A DNA stretch of 64,000 bases from an uncultured Lachnospiraceae bacterium (GTDB lineage Bacteria; Bacillota; Clostridia; Lachnospirales; Lachnospiraceae): positions 82,668 to 146,667 of the forward strand of contig CAKRMH010000004.1 in assembly GCA_934364805.1 (NCBI GenBank). The letters are read 5' to 3'. A model generated the notes under the pieces. It did no database searches. It was not told the DNA's origin and worked only from the letters and a program-made list of their open reading frames with translations. Of the stretch, positions 9,840 through 21,161 are shown in pieces (position 1 is the stretch's first letter; each line of letters begins with the position of its first letter). The translations under genes and the position numbers were made by a program.

Positions 9840-10679
9840 ATGATTACAAACGAGTATCAGATTCAGGTAGAGGGATCTCTGCCATATGCAAAATTATATA
9901 CCTATTTGTGGGAAAAATCATCGGAGATCGGAATTGACAAAAGACCAATGATTCTAATCTGCCCAGGCGGTGGCTATGCAATGACCTCTGACAGGGAGGC
10001 AGACCCGCTGGCAATGCAGTTTGCCGCAATGGGGTATCATGTGGCAATTTTGAGATATTCCGTTGCTCCGGCAGAATATCCGGTTGCACTTTTGGAAGCG
10101 TGTCAGACAATGAAGATGATTCATGAACATGCAGAAGAGTGGCTTGTGGATACAGATAAGATCTTTATCCTTGGCTGTTCGGCAGGCGGGCATCTGGCTG
10201 CAAGTGTCGGAACATTCTGGAATGAGAAATGGATCGCAGAGAAGCTTGGATGCGGGAATGAAATGTTTCGTCCTGCAGGAATGATTCTGTGTTATCCGGT
10301 TATTACATCGGGAGAATATGCCCACAGAGGTTCCTTTGAGGCACTCTTGAAATCCCAGTATACCGAAGAAATGTTAGAGAAGAATTCGCTGGAAAAACAG
10401 GTGACGAAGGATACACCGAAGGCATTTTTATGGCATACTTATACGGATGATTGTGTTCCGGTTGAAAACTCACTCCTTTTTATTCAGGCGATGAAAACAT
10501 ATGATATTCCGGTTGAATTTCATATGTATCCGGTTGGGGGACATGGCCTGTCTACCTGCGACAGCCTGGCTGCAACACCGGAAGGCTACGGCGTACAGAA
10601 AGAATGTCAGAGCTGGCTTCCTTTAGTCAGAGACTGGCTTAAGGCTGCTGTGAATGAAGGAGTCGGATATGAATTATAA
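9840..10679 (+). CDS. alpha/beta hydrolase (acetyl esterase / carbohydrate esterase-like)
   Basis: GCSAGGHLAA nucleophile elbow (GxSxG), preceded by ICPGGGY oxyanion-hole region and a downstream His. AAGGAGAG RBS. Confidence 0.75.
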   Translation: MITNEYQIQVEGSLPYAKLYTYLWEKSSEIGIDKRPMILICPGGGYAMTSDREADPLAMQFAAMGYHVAILRYSVAPAEYPVALLEACQTMKMIHEHAEEWLVDTDKIFILGCSAGGHLAASVGTFWNEKWIAEKLGCGNEMFRPAGMILCYPVITSGEYAHRGSFEALLKSQYTEEMLEKNSLEKQVTKDTPKAFLWHTYTDDCVPVENSLLFIQAMKTYDIPVEFHMYPVGGHGLSTCDSLAATPEGYGVQKECQSWLPLVRDWLKAAVNEGVGYEL

Positions 10680-11385
10680 GAATAAGATCTGGGGAACAGA
10701 AGAGGAAAAACTTGGATTAAATCTGGACACGCTCTGGTCCGGTGTTGCCAGAGATACAAATAATTATCATGCAAAAGAATATTTAAAGCCGGTGCGTCAG
10801 GAGATTTTTGCTGAAAATTATGCAAAAGCAGCAGAGATGATCGAGCAGCATCTGCTTGGAGAATTCGGAGAAAATTATCTCCCGATGGGCAATCTTAAGA
10901 TCTGTCCGGTGGAAGATGATAATGGTCAGAAAGTGAAAAATGAGGAGCACTTACATAACGTTCCGGTTCAGTTCTGTTTTGGACACGGACTCAGCTATAC
11001 AACATTTGATTATTCGGATGTAAAAGCATATACGCTTGCTGCAAAAGGCAGATCAGAGAAGTCAGATCCGCTTGATGAAGTGACTGTGATTACAGAAGTG
11101 ACGGTAACCAATACCGGGGACAGAACCGGAAAAGAAATCGTTCAGGTCTATGTTGGCATGAAAGATTCTAAGATTGACCGGGCCGTAAAGGAACTGCGGG
11201 GCTTTGATAAAGTGGAGCTTGCACCGCAAGAAAGTAAAGTGGTACAGATACCGCTCACGAGACGTGCCTTTACTTATTATGATGTAAAGGAAAAAGCATT
11301 CGTTGTGGAGCCTGGTGAATATCAGATTTATATTGCAAAATCTTTGCAGGATGTTCAGGATACAGTGACAGTTACAATGAAATAA
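10669..11385 (+). pseudogene. chimeric glycoside-hydrolase remnant: GH95 N-terminal fragment fused to GH3 C-terminal Fn3-like domain
   Basis: The first ~90 aa match the GH95 N-terminus (LDTLWSG..NYHAKEYLKPVRQEIF..LPMGNL). The last ~150 aa match the GH3 Fn3-like C-terminal domain (FGHGLSYTTFDYSDV, VQVYVGMKD, KELRGFDKVEL). There is no catalytic domain of either family. Confidence 0.55.
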
Positions 11386-11533
11386 TACGATGCAAAATCA
11401 GATAACTCTGTAGGAATGCCGGTTGGCAGAATGCAGAGTTATTTTGCATTTTAAAGTATTGTAGAAACCGGAAAATGGTGGTATATTGGCAAGTGTTTGT
11501 TATATAGAAAGAGATTTTACGGAGATATTTGTA

Positions 11534-12214
11534 ATGCAGGAAAAAGAATTGAAATTATATGATTCTTCCGATATGGCGAGGATTGCCTGCGATGACTGCA
11601 GGGGATGCTCTGCCTGCTGTGAAGGAATGGGCGATACGATCATTTTAAATCCATATGATGTGCGGGAACTGTGTGTGCATTTAAAGCTGGATTTTCAGAC
11701 ACTTCTTACGAAATATGCAGAACTGAACGTACAGGAGGGAATGGTTCTTCCGAATCTGACAATGACGGGAGAGCGCCAGTGCTGTGGGTTTTTAAATGAA
11801 GAGGGAAGATGCATGGTACATGCATTTCGTCCAGGCCTTTGCAGACTGTTTCCGCTTGGCAGAAATTATGAAAACGGTCATTTCCGTTATTTTGTTGTAG
11901 AGGGCGGGTGTCCCAGAGCAGGAAAAGCCAAAGTTAAGATCCACAAATGGCTTGGAATTCCAGAATTAAAAAGACATGAGGAATTTCTGACCAGATGGCA
12001 TTATTTCACAAAAAGATTTCAGAATTTTGTACAAAATGCACTGGCAGGTGGTGAAACACCAGAACAACTGCAGCAGCTGAATATGGTCATGCTGCAGGGA
12101 TTATATTTTACGGAATACGATGAGAAAAAGGACTTCTACGAACAGTTTGAACAGAGACTTCATAAGCTGGAACAGGTGCTTGATACGGTTGAAGGCCAAG
12201 TTTTGCGTAGATGA
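11534..12214 (+). CDS. YkgJ/FliB-family CxxCxxCC cysteine-cluster protein (putative Fe/Zn-binding)
   Basis: CDDCRGCSACC cluster near the N-terminus and a CGFLNEEGRCMVH second cluster (PF03692-like pattern). Start is at MQEKELK, with GGAG 9 nt upstream. Confidence 0.55.
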   Translation: MQEKELKLYDSSDMARIACDDCRGCSACCEGMGDTIILNPYDVRELCVHLKLDFQTLLTKYAELNVQEGMVLPNLTMTGERQCCGFLNEEGRCMVHAFRPGLCRLFPLGRNYENGHFRYFVVEGGCPRAGKAKVKIHKWLGIPELKRHEEFLTRWHYFTKRFQNFVQNALAGGETPEQLQQLNMVMLQGLYFTEYDEKKDFYEQFEQRLHKLEQVLDTVEGQVLRR

Positions 12215-12223
12215 GAAAATTAG

Positions 12224-13582
12224 ATGAGTAACAAAACAAGTGATTTAACAACGGGTGTACTGGGAAAGCAGATTTTATTATTAAGCCTTCCGCTTATGTT
12301 TTCTAATCTGCTTCAGGTACTTTTTAATATTTCCGATATCGCTGTTGTAGGAAAATTTGCGGGTGCATATGCACTTGGATCGGTAGGTTCAACATCGATA
12401 CTGCTTACACTGTTTTTGGCAGTTCCTCTTGGAATGGGGGGAGGAATCAATGTTCTGACAGCGCTGGCGATTGGCTCCAGATCAAAAAAGGATGTTTCAG
12501 AAACAATTCATACAGCGGCAATCATCAGTCTGATCGCAGGAATTCTGTTACTGGCATTTGGAATGTTTTTTGCAAGGGATCTGCTGACACTTCTGAATAC
12601 GAAAGAGGAACTGATTGAGGGTGCAGTGGCATATCTGCATGTGTATTTTCTTGGAATGCCGGCAGTTGCACTTTATAATTTCGGTAATGCAGTATTCAGT
12701 GCGGCAGGTAACACAAGAAAACCGTTGGTATATTTGTCGATTGCAGGCGTAGTGAATGTTATCTTAAATCTGTTTTTTGTGATCGTGTTAAAGATCGATG
12801 TATGTGGTGTCGCAGCGGCAAGTGCGATCTCACAGTATTTATCAGCAGGACTTCTCTTAAAGGATCTGTTCCGGGGAGAAGGAATGTGCAGACTTCAGAT
12901 GACTGAGATGAAGCTTACGGGCTCAAAGGCGAAAAGAATTCTGCAGATCGGTGTACCGTCTGCGTTTCAGTATATGATCTACAGCGTGGCCAATCTGTTT
13001 GTGCAGACCGGAGTAAATACATTCAGCGCAACGGTAGTTGCAGGTAATTCGGCTGCTGCGAATGCGGATAACCTGGTCTATGACATTATGGCTGCTTTTT
13101 ATACGGTCTGTGGCAGCTTTATGGGGCAGAATCTTGGAGCACGGAAAAAGGATCGTGTGAAAAAGAGTTATCTGATCTGTCTGTTCTATTCTTTTATGAT
13201 CGGACTTGTGGTCGGACTTCTTCTCGTACTGTTCGGGCATCAGTTCCTTTCTCTGTTTGCCAATGATGCGGCAGTAATTGAAGCCGGAATGGAGCGGCTT
13301 ATGGTTATGGGACTTGCATATTGCATTTCGGCATTCATGGATTGTACGACTGCGGCCACAAGAGCACTTGGGAAAACGGTATTCCCGACGATTGTGATGA
13401 TACTTGGATCCTGTGTATTTCGTATTGTCTGGATCTACACAGTTTTTGCTGTATATCATACAACGCAGGCACTCTATCTGCTTTATGCAGTTTCCTGGAT
13501 CATTACGGCAATTCCGGAGATTATTTATTTTGTCATCATATACAAAAAAACGGTAAGTCCAATCGAATCATGCAAGGAGTGA
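12224..13582 (+). CDS. MATE family efflux transporter
   Basis: 12 TM helices and MATE-typical N-terminus (LGKQILLLSLPLMFSNLLQ, NISDIAVVGKFAG). Confidence 0.8.
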   Translation: MSNKTSDLTTGVLGKQILLLSLPLMFSNLLQVLFNISDIAVVGKFAGAYALGSVGSTSILLTLFLAVPLGMGGGINVLTALAIGSRSKKDVSETIHTAAIISLIAGILLLAFGMFFARDLLTLLNTKEELIEGAVAYLHVYFLGMPAVALYNFGNAVFSAAGNTRKPLVYLSIAGVVNVILNLFFVIVLKIDVCGVAAASAISQYLSAGLLLKDLFRGEGMCRLQMTEMKLTGSKAKRILQIGVPSAFQYMIYSVANLFVQTGVNTFSATVVAGNSAAANADNLVYDIMAAFYTVCGSFMGQNLGARKKDRVKKSYLICLFYSFMIGLVVGLLLVLFGHQFLSLFANDAAVIEAGMERLMVMGLAYCISAFMDCTTAATRALGKTVFPTIVMILGSCVFRIVWIYTVFAVYHTTQALYLLYAVSWIITAIPEIIYFVIIYKKTVSPIESCKE

Positions 13583-13676
13583 TGATGAGTTTTCTTTACT
13601 GATTTTTTACTGTACGGCATATATAATTTGTTTTGGCACTACGAAACAGAACATATATGAATGAAGGTAAAACAAA

Positions 13677-14837
13677 ATGTCACTCACAAATATTATGGGA
13701 CTTCTTGGAGGACTCGCACTGTTTTTATATGGAATGCAGATGATGAGTCAGGGACTCGAAAATGCTGCTGGGAATAAGATGCAGCAGATACTGGAAAAGC
13801 TGACCGCAAACCGGTTTTTAGGGGTATTGGTTGGCGCATTAATAACAGCGGTAATCCAGTCATCTTCTGCAACAACGGTCATGGTCGTAGGCTTTGTCAA
13901 TGCCGGAATGATGACTCTGAATCAGGCAGTATGGATCATCATGGGAGCAAACATTGGAACAACAATCACGGGACAGCTGATTGCACTTGACGCAGGCGCA
14001 GTTGCACCGATCATTGCTTTCATAGGAGTCATTCTGATTATTTTTTCGAAAAAAGAAAAGATTGGTTATGTTGGCAGTATTCTGGCAGGACTAGGAATCC
14101 TGTTCATCGGTATGGATATGATGGGAGGTTCGATGGAACCGCTCGCTCAGTCGCAGAGTTTCATCAGCCTTCTGACCAAATTTAGCAATCCGATTCTCGG
14201 AATTCTTGCAGGAACGATTTTTACAGCAATTATCCAGTCTTCATCTGCGTCGGTAGGAATTTTACAGGCCCTTGCGGGAAGCGGAATCGTTACGTTGGAC
14301 AGTGCCGCTTTTATTTTGTTTGGGCAGAATATCGGAACATGCATTACGGCATTTCTTGCGGCTCTTGGTGCAAACCGGAATGCAAAGAGAACAACGATTA
14401 TCCATATTACATTTAACGTGATTGGAACGATTATTTTTACAATCTTATGTATCACAACACCACTCATTCCGGTTTTGCAGGGAATGACAGAAAGTGCACC
14501 GAAGCAGATCGCCAATCTGCATACCATGTTCAATGTGACAACAACTTTGATCCTGCTTCCGTTTGGAACAGCACTTACAAAGCTGGCGCAGCATATTCTT
14601 CCCGATCCGAAAACAGGAGAACCGGTGCAAGGACAGATCGGTCATTTACTGACGAAAAACAGCGATGTGCTCGGAATGGCATCTATTACACTGGAAGAAA
14701 CCAAAAGAAAACTGGAAGATATGCTGCTTCTTGCGGAACAGAATGTACATAGTTCCTATGATGTTTTTCTTCAGTGTGACCGTAACGTGTTTCAGCAGAT
14801 TGAAAAAAGAGAAGAACAGGTCGATGAACAGCCATAA
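13677..14837 (+). CDS. Na+/phosphate cotransporter family protein (NptA-like), short C-terminus
   Basis: Duplicated QSSSATT / QSSSASVGI repeat motifs typical of Na/Pi-cotransporter II-related proteins. The C-terminal PhoU-like region is short. Confidence 0.75.
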   Translation: MSLTNIMGLLGGLALFLYGMQMMSQGLENAAGNKMQQILEKLTANRFLGVLVGALITAVIQSSSATTVMVVGFVNAGMMTLNQAVWIIMGANIGTTITGQLIALDAGAVAPIIAFIGVILIIFSKKEKIGYVGSILAGLGILFIGMDMMGGSMEPLAQSQSFISLLTKFSNPILGILAGTIFTAIIQSSSASVGILQALAGSGIVTLDSAAFILFGQNIGTCITAFLAALGANRNAKRTTIIHITFNVIGTIIFTILCITTPLIPVLQGMTESAPKQIANLHTMFNVTTTLILLPFGTALTKLAQHILPDPKTGEPVQGQIGHLLTKNSDVLGMASITLEETKRKLEDMLLLAEQNVHSSYDVFLQCDRNVFQQIEKREEQVDEQP

Positions 14838-14904
14838 TTGTTTTTTCTCCGGAAATCCGTTATAATATCGATATTCAAATAACAGAAATCAGGAGAATTA
14901 CAAT

Positions 14905-15702
14905 ATGTTAGATCAGAATACATTTATGGAAACAATCAAGGCTGTGTCGGAAATTATGCGTACTTCACAGGAGCCACTCAGCAAAGAAGAGATTCTTTCC
15001 TATTTTAAAGATATGGAACTGAATGAGAAGCAGGAGAACATGGTGTTGGAATTTTTATTGACACCACATGAAGAAACTGCGGAGGAAGAGCAGGACAAAG
15101 AAGCGGAGGAAGCCAAAACAGAAGAGACGGAAACAGAATCTGAAGAAAACGATAAGCAGGAAGAAAAACAGGCGGATAACGAGTGCATGCCGGACTCCCG
15201 TATGTTTCAGATGTATCTGGAGGAACTTTCGGATATCCCGGAATATTCCAGAGAGCAGATGAATGAGATGTATGCAAAGCTTTTGGATGGAGATGAGGGA
15301 ATGATCCACACGATCTCCAATGCATGGCTTCGCAATGTCCTTGAAATTGCAAAGAAGCTTGCTGTTTCTTCGGACGGATTTGAAGATGTTGTTCAGGAAG
15401 GCAATATGGGACTTTTTCTGTGTCTGAGTGATCTTTGTGGTTCAAAGGAACAGACAGATGTGGAGAAAGAACTTCTTCTGGCAGTGGAGGAGTCTATGAA
15501 AGACTGCATTCGGGAACTTACGGGAGAAGATGAAAGCGAAAATGCGATGGTTGGAAAGGTGTCACTGGTCAGTGAGGCTGTCAAATATTTAAAAGAGGAA
15601 AAGGGGCACGAACCATCCTTAAAAGAACTTTCTGATTATACCAGCGTTTCCGAGGACGAATTATCCGATATTCTTGATCTGATCGATAAGGCAAAGAAGT
15701 AA
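14905..15702 (+). CDS. sigma-70 N-terminal-like protein (regions 1.1/acidic, 1.2, 2.1-2.2 only)
   Basis: Highly acidic E/T-rich spacer, then NAWLRNVLEIAKKLAVSSDGFEDVVQEGNMGLFLCL. This aligns with RpoD regions 2.1-2.2 (LIEANLRLVVSIAKRY...LIQEGNMGLMKAV). No region 2.3/2.4 (ATWWIRQ) and no region 4 HTH. Confidence 0.55.
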   Translation: MLDQNTFMETIKAVSEIMRTSQEPLSKEEILSYFKDMELNEKQENMVLEFLLTPHEETAEEEQDKEAEEAKTEETETESEENDKQEEKQADNECMPDSRMFQMYLEELSDIPEYSREQMNEMYAKLLDGDEGMIHTISNAWLRNVLEIAKKLAVSSDGFEDVVQEGNMGLFLCLSDLCGSKEQTDVEKELLLAVEESMKDCIRELTGEDESENAMVGKVSLVSEAVKYLKEEKGHEPSLKELSDYTSVSEDELSDILDLIDKAKK

Positions 15703-15747
15703 TGGGAAACGGGATATAAGGTGGAATGTATTGTAGAAGGATTAGGA

Positions 15748-15771
15748 GAGCTGGCGGATATCCGCCAGCTC
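15748..15771. terminator. 24-nt perfect palindrome between convergent genes (probable bidirectional terminator hairpin)
   Basis: GAGCTGGCGGAT|ATCCGCCAGCTC sits between the sigma-like gene (+) and eno (-). There is no strong U-tract. Confidence 0.4.
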
Positions 15772-15839
15772 TATGCTGCACATGTAAAGTCAATCATGAA
15801 TGCTGATAAAAAGTGAAAGATCTGTCTGATTGAAAACGT

Positions 15840-17234
<1,395 letters not shown>

Positions 17235-17340
17235 CTAACACATTTTTATTTTCAAGTAGTCTTAATGGTGAAAATTTCTCTTTTCCAGCCAGGGGGATGA
17301 GGTATATAATGAACAAAAAAGTAAGGAATTGTGGAAGCGC

Positions 17341-18705
17341 ATGAAAACAAAAGAGAAGGCAATTGGTTTATTGGGATTATTTTTTTTCGTATTTCTTGGA
17401 CTGGAGTATCAGTTTGACAATATGATGGCATATGTGACGGATGCAGGTGGGGTCGTTTTGGCACAGAGCTGGATTCTCGGAATCAGTGTTCCGGGATTTC
17501 TTTCCTATGTTTTCTGGAAGAAACGGATTCCAAAGGAAGCAAAAGCGGTCAGTGCAGCTTTTCTGCTGACAGCGTTTGGCTGTATTTATGTGATGAGCAG
17601 GCATACATCGTACTGGACCGTGCTTGTGTCTGGCATCATATTATTTTATCTGCTTGGATGTGCAGGCGGTATGATACATGATCTTGCTGCAGAAAATTTT
17701 TTGCTGGGAGACAGACCGGCATGCTGTGTGGGAGTTTCCTATGCATTTGGAATTCTTCTACAGTTTTTGAATCACAAGGCTGTTCCGAGTGCCGTATTGG
17801 AACAGTGCATTCTGGCATTGTTTTTGGTGATAAGCGTTTATATGGCACGGAAAATGGATGTAGATTCTGGCACGGAGATATCGTCTGAACAGAAAAAAGG
17901 GAAGAGTACAGCACAAAAGAAAGGAATCTTGCTTGTAATTCTGGTCGCACTGATGACATTTATTTTTGCGTCTTTAGATAACACAGTGACACTTGTACAT
18001 GCGGGTGGGAGTATTGACATTGGACAATGGCCGAGGCTTCTTCTGGCATGCAGTGGACTTGCAGCGGGTTTTTTGTTTGATATAAAAAACGGAAAGTATA
18101 TGCAGATAGTGATGTATTGTGTAACGCTGCTTTCTACAACCAGTATTCTTGTCATAGACTTTGGAGGATCTTTTCTGGCCGGACTGGTTGTTTTTTATCT
18201 GTCAGCCGGGTTCTTTTCTGTATATTTTACGGTTGTATTCATGAAGTTATCCAGAGAAATGAAAGAACCCGGATTCTGGGCTCCGATGGGGCGTGCTGTA
18301 AATAATGCTGGTTCTGTAATTACAGCATTGGTCGCTGCTTTTTTTCTCAAATCGGGCAAATTGACAGTGATGTATGCAGCAGTGCTTCTTTTTGCTTTGA
18401 CCAGTGTGGTTTTATATATCTATCAGGAAACAGAAAAGGGAACAGAAGGAGGCGGGCCGGAAGAACAGGAAGACCGTTTTTTGGTTTTCGCAAAGAAATT
18501 TGCATTAACGGAAAGAGAACAGGAAGTTTTACACATGCTGATTACATCAGATGATAATGTACAGCAGATTGCCGATGAACTTGCTATTTCAAGAGCAGCT
18601 TTGTATCGTCACATTTCGAATATGAATGAGAAGACGCATACAAAAGCAAGGATCGGATTGATTCAGTTTTACTTTGAATGGCAGAATAAAAATACAGGAA
18701 ATTAA
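17341..18705 (+). CDS. membrane-embedded LuxR-family transcriptional regulator (approx. 12-TM domain + C-terminal HTH)
   Basis: About 12 hydrophobic helices, followed by EREQEVLHMLITSDDNVQQIADELAISRAALYRHISNM (LuxR/GerE-type HTH). Confidence 0.6.
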   Translation: MKTKEKAIGLLGLFFFVFLGLEYQFDNMMAYVTDAGGVVLAQSWILGISVPGFLSYVFWKKRIPKEAKAVSAAFLLTAFGCIYVMSRHTSYWTVLVSGIILFYLLGCAGGMIHDLAAENFLLGDRPACCVGVSYAFGILLQFLNHKAVPSAVLEQCILALFLVISVYMARKMDVDSGTEISSEQKKGKSTAQKKGILLVILVALMTFIFASLDNTVTLVHAGGSIDIGQWPRLLLACSGLAAGFLFDIKNGKYMQIVMYCVTLLSTTSILVIDFGGSFLAGLVVFYLSAGFFSVYFTVVFMKLSREMKEPGFWAPMGRAVNNAGSVITALVAAFFLKSGKLTVMYAAVLLFALTSVVLYIYQETEKGTEGGGPEEQEDRFLVFAKKFALTEREQEVLHMLITSDDNVQQIADELAISRAALYRHISNMNEKTHTKARIGLIQFYFEWQNKNTGN

Positions 18706-18846
18706 AGCTTTTTCTTCCTTTTATACGATTGAGACAAATGTCAACTCCCATATATTCGGGGAATATGCTAACATTTTGATACAAAATGAGAAGGCATTCC
18801 GGAATGTATGGGATGTTTTTAGCTATGGACGATAGGAGGAAACAGT

Positions 18847-20277
18847 ATGAAACGAAAAAAAGGAAAAGGTTTAAGATTACTTCTGATTCTTATTTTGCTT
18901 GCCGGATTTCTGCCAACGGAAAGAATTCAGGCAGCAGGAGCGGGTGGAATCGAATTTCGGATAGAGGGAGATGCGTGGACCTCCTATGAGGGAATGAAGG
19001 CGCAGGATTCGTCGTTTGAGATTTATGTAAAACCAGATGGGGATGCAGATTATGTTACGTTCCAGAAATTGCTGGATCAGGGCAGAATCATAAAACACTC
19101 AGATAGCCAGTATGAATTTGATTCTTCGATCACATCGATCCGTGTGTTCATTACGATGAATACCGACAAGTATATGTTAATGTCTGGAATCGGAATCGGA
19201 GAGGAACATGCCACAACGATCGACATTGCATCAGGTACACAGTTTATACAGCTGGATAAAAAAAGTGTGACGGTTACCTGGTCTTACGAGAAGGACAAAC
19301 TTGGAGAGGATGCATTTTTAGAACATGGAAAAGCCGAGATTATCGCAATTGAAGGAATTTCTGATTTCCGGGATATTCCGTTTGCCAACAATCCGGGAGA
19401 TGACAAAGGGGGACATATTGCGGTAGAACCGGGAAGAAAAGTGACGGTAAAATTAACTCCGGATTATGGATATCAGCTGAAAAGCGTTGCATTAAACGGA
19501 ACAACATTGGTCCCGGATGATGACAATATGTCTGTATTTACATTCCGCATGCCGGATACAAATGTGCATTTTCAGGGAATCTTTGAGAAAACCGCAGATA
19601 CAATAAGCCTGAAAGAATCTGGAAGCACAGTCAAGAACATAAGTATTGAAAACGGATACAATGCAGCAGCAAGTGGAACGCTTCAGATGGATGTGACAGA
19701 TAATCATAGTTACGATACGAAAGAGGCACAGAAACTGGTAGAAGGTGCAGTATCTGCAAAAGCAGTTGACTTTACATTGAATCAGGTTGTCAGCAAAGGA
19801 AATGGAGAAAACTGGGAGAAAAATATTACAGAATTTGAAAAGCCTATTACATTAAAGCTGGCACTGGATGACTATGATCCCAATATGGAGTATGAGATCG
19901 TGCGTAATCATGAAGGAATATTGACGGTACTTGATACAACCGTAGAAAACGGAACCATTTCTTTTGATACGAATCAGTTCTCCACTTATGTGATCGTGGC
20001 CAGAAATAAAGGGAAAGACAAGGAAAACAATACACCATTACAGTCCGGTACCAATGAACCGTCAGATACATCTGCGAATGTCAGTCCGGCAGTGCAGAAT
20101 AGTACACCGGTCAATAATATTCCGACGCAGAACGGCACACCGGTATCGTCAAACGCAAAGGCAGTTTCTCCGGTTACAGGAGACGATATGCCGGTACATA
20201 TATACATGGTGCTTGTAGTATGCATGGTTGCATTTGGTGTTATAAATATCCGAAGAAAGAAGAATCACTCCGTATAA
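18847..20277 (+). CDS. cell-wall-anchored surface protein with (S/P)PXTG sorting signal
   Basis: Signal peptide (LRLLLILILLAGF). C-terminal SPVTGDD + hydrophobic helix + RRKK tail. Ser/Thr/Pro/Asn-rich stalk before the motif. Confidence 0.7.
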   Translation: MKRKKGKGLRLLLILILLAGFLPTERIQAAGAGGIEFRIEGDAWTSYEGMKAQDSSFEIYVKPDGDADYVTFQKLLDQGRIIKHSDSQYEFDSSITSIRVFITMNTDKYMLMSGIGIGEEHATTIDIASGTQFIQLDKKSVTVTWSYEKDKLGEDAFLEHGKAEIIAIEGISDFRDIPFANNPGDDKGGHIAVEPGRKVTVKLTPDYGYQLKSVALNGTTLVPDDDNMSVFTFRMPDTNVHFQGIFEKTADTISLKESGSTVKNISIENGYNAAASGTLQMDVTDNHSYDTKEAQKLVEGAVSAKAVDFTLNQVVSKGNGENWEKNITEFEKPITLKLALDDYDPNMEYEIVRNHEGILTVLDTTVENGTISFDTNQFSTYVIVARNKGKDKENNTPLQSGTNEPSDTSANVSPAVQNSTPVNNIPTQNGTPVSSNAKAVSPVTGDDMPVHIYMVLVVCMVAFGVINIRRKKNHSV

Positions 20278-21161
20278 GAATTTAAATGTTTCTGATATTG
20301 CTTTGGGGACATGTGCATATGTTCTTTAAAGAGTTTGATAAAATAGCTGGTGGTGCAAAAACCGACAGCCTGTGAGATTTCCGTGATACTTTGTGAGGTC
20401 GAGACCAGAAGCTTTTCGGCCTCACGAAGCCGGATATCGTTCAGATACTCGCTGAAGGTTACATGCATAAGCCGGTGAAAGCTTCTGGAAAAATAGCTGT
20501 AACTTAAATTACAGAGCGCTGCCATGTCGGTTGCAGTGATCGCACTGTCATAGTGTGAGAGCATGTAGGTAAGTGCCGGAGTCAGCTGCTCTTTTAATTT
20601 CCGGTCTTCAAAGTCAAGTGGAAGAGAGGTCTCTTCGTGTGTATGCCAGTAACGCAGAAGCCACAGATAAATACGACCGATATGATTTTTTATGGCTAAT
20701 TCATAGCCATAATTTTTTTGTGCGGATTCCTGGATGATGGACTGCATCAGTTCCGGAATCATGGTGTCTTTTAAAGTGACCTGTGTGATTACTTTTTCAT
20801 GGATTAGGTTATCAGTGACAAATGGCAGCAGATATTTCAGTTCAAAATGACTCTGGGACATTCCATCATAAATAAGCTCCGGAAGAAAACGTACAACGAT
20901 ATAAGAGCCTCCGTTATCCGAGACCGCATCAATCTTATGGACCTCTCTCGAGTTAATCAGAACAAAATCCCCTTTTGCAAATTCATGATAGATTCCATTC
21001 AGATAGATCTGAAACTGTCCGGAGAGTGCATATAGCATTTCAATATAATAATGATAATGTGCAGGAAAAACATTTCCCCTGTTTTTCGGCATTTCAATGT
21101 GGCAGAGATATTGACAGGCAACACCGTCCATATAGAGTTGTTTTTCTTCCAGGTAATTCAT
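20265..21161 (-). CDS. AraC family transcriptional regulator (cupin sensor + HTH)
   Basis: N-terminal cupin-like region (HYHYYIEMLYAL) and C-terminal AraC HTH (ITEISQAVGFCTTSYFIKLFKE). Confidence 0.8.
   Translation of the reverse strand: MNYLEEKQLYMDGVACQYLCHIEMPKNRGNVFPAHYHYYIEMLYALSGQFQIYLNGIYHEFAKGDFVLINSREVHKIDAVSDNGGSYIVVRFLPELIYDGMSQSHFELKYLLPFVTDNLIHEKVITQVTLKDTMIPELMQSIIQESAQKNYGYELAIKNHIGRIYLWLLRYWHTHEETSLPLDFEDRKLKEQLTPALTYMLSHYDSAITATDMAALCNLSYSYFSRSFHRLMHVTFSEYLNDIRLREAEKLLVSTSQSITEISQAVGFCTTSYFIKLFKEHMHMSPKQYQKHLNSYTE

Noticed and set aside
11486-11533. Longer start for the YkgJ-like gene (MASVCYIERDF...)
   Set aside because: There is no RBS before 11486. GGAG is 9 nt before the ATG at 11534, which opens directly onto the conserved cysteine cluster. 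The longer start is kept only as an alternative.
12923-13459. 178-aa ORF antisense inside the MATE transporter gene
   Set aside because: It is fully embedded on the opposite strand of a well-supported 12-TM CDS. It has a Cys/His/Arg-rich composition typical of antisense read-through and no RBS.
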